This document shows, piece by piece, positions 49,267-49,664 of a stretch of DNA of 49,664 bases. Both the position numbers and the translations under genes were made by a program. The DNA comes from Tubiluchus corallicola. Taxonomy: Eukaryota; Animalia; Priapulida. Under the pieces are notes generated by a model that saw only the letters and a list, made by a program, of their open reading frames with translations, made no database searches and was not told where the DNA came from. Within the stretch, counting starts at the first letter, position 1, and every line of letters begins with the position of its first letter. The stretch covers positions 1 through 49,664 of the forward strand of contig JAQGDQ010001287.1 of NCBI GenBank assembly GCA_030141605.1, in the 5' to 3' direction.

Positions 49267-49664
49267 GGTTAGTAAATTAAAAGCTAAATAAATTTTAGAG
49301 GCTAATTACGTGATAATGATTGATGACGATCTTGAAAAGGTCAAAGGTTATGTGTAACAGACAATGTGTTGTGCATACTTGACAATCCATCCTTGCAGCC
49401 CATGCTGTTGCAATAGTAATTAAGAAAAGGGACAAATGCTAGCTATAGAACCTTACCTAGTTCATTTTTCCTTGTTTCCAAGCAAGATCCTGCAGAGACT
49501 AATGCACATAATTAAGTCAAGTCCACATAGAACAACTGAAGTTACTGAATTTTGCTTTGCTTTACCCACAGCAGTACTTTGTAAGCTGTTTCGGTACCTT
49601 TACAAGAATACCAAGACTGAGTAAACGCTAAGGAAATGCTGCGAAAACTCGTTCCTTCCATTCA

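Larger units (their letters stand above)
47558..49664 (-). repeat. Right arm of the large inverted duplication (runs off the window end)
   Basis: The last bases ...ctcgttccttccattca are the reverse complement of 41047-41063. Confidence 0.95.

Overview
AT-rich, repeat-dense invertebrate animal genomic DNA with spliceosomal introns; no prokaryotic features and no CRISPR. Two convergent genes are supported. The first is the last three coding exons of mitochondrial ribosomal protein L38 (+ strand, 583-6689). The second is six exons of a catalytically inactive carbonic-anhydrase-related protein (CA10/CA11-like, - strand, 36468 to 19573); its first exon(s) and last exon were not located. Between them is a full-length CR1/L2-group LINE (ORF1 plus a PHD-APE-RT ORF2, about 11849-16941) inserted in the tandem array of a Helentron/HINE-like element. 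A second copy of that element carries an RTE-like 5' fragment in the same array. The CARP introns hold an intact tRNA-Arg(CCT) flanked by two tRNA-derived tandem arrays, Penelope-like hammerhead remnants and an internally deleted RTE. The window also has many MITEs (TTAA/Kolobok-like, hAT-like, Tigger-like, a palindromic family), minisatellites and a compound pentamer array including (TTAGG)n. It ends in a ~2.3 kb inverted duplication. Family assignments come from motif recognition by eye, not database searches.
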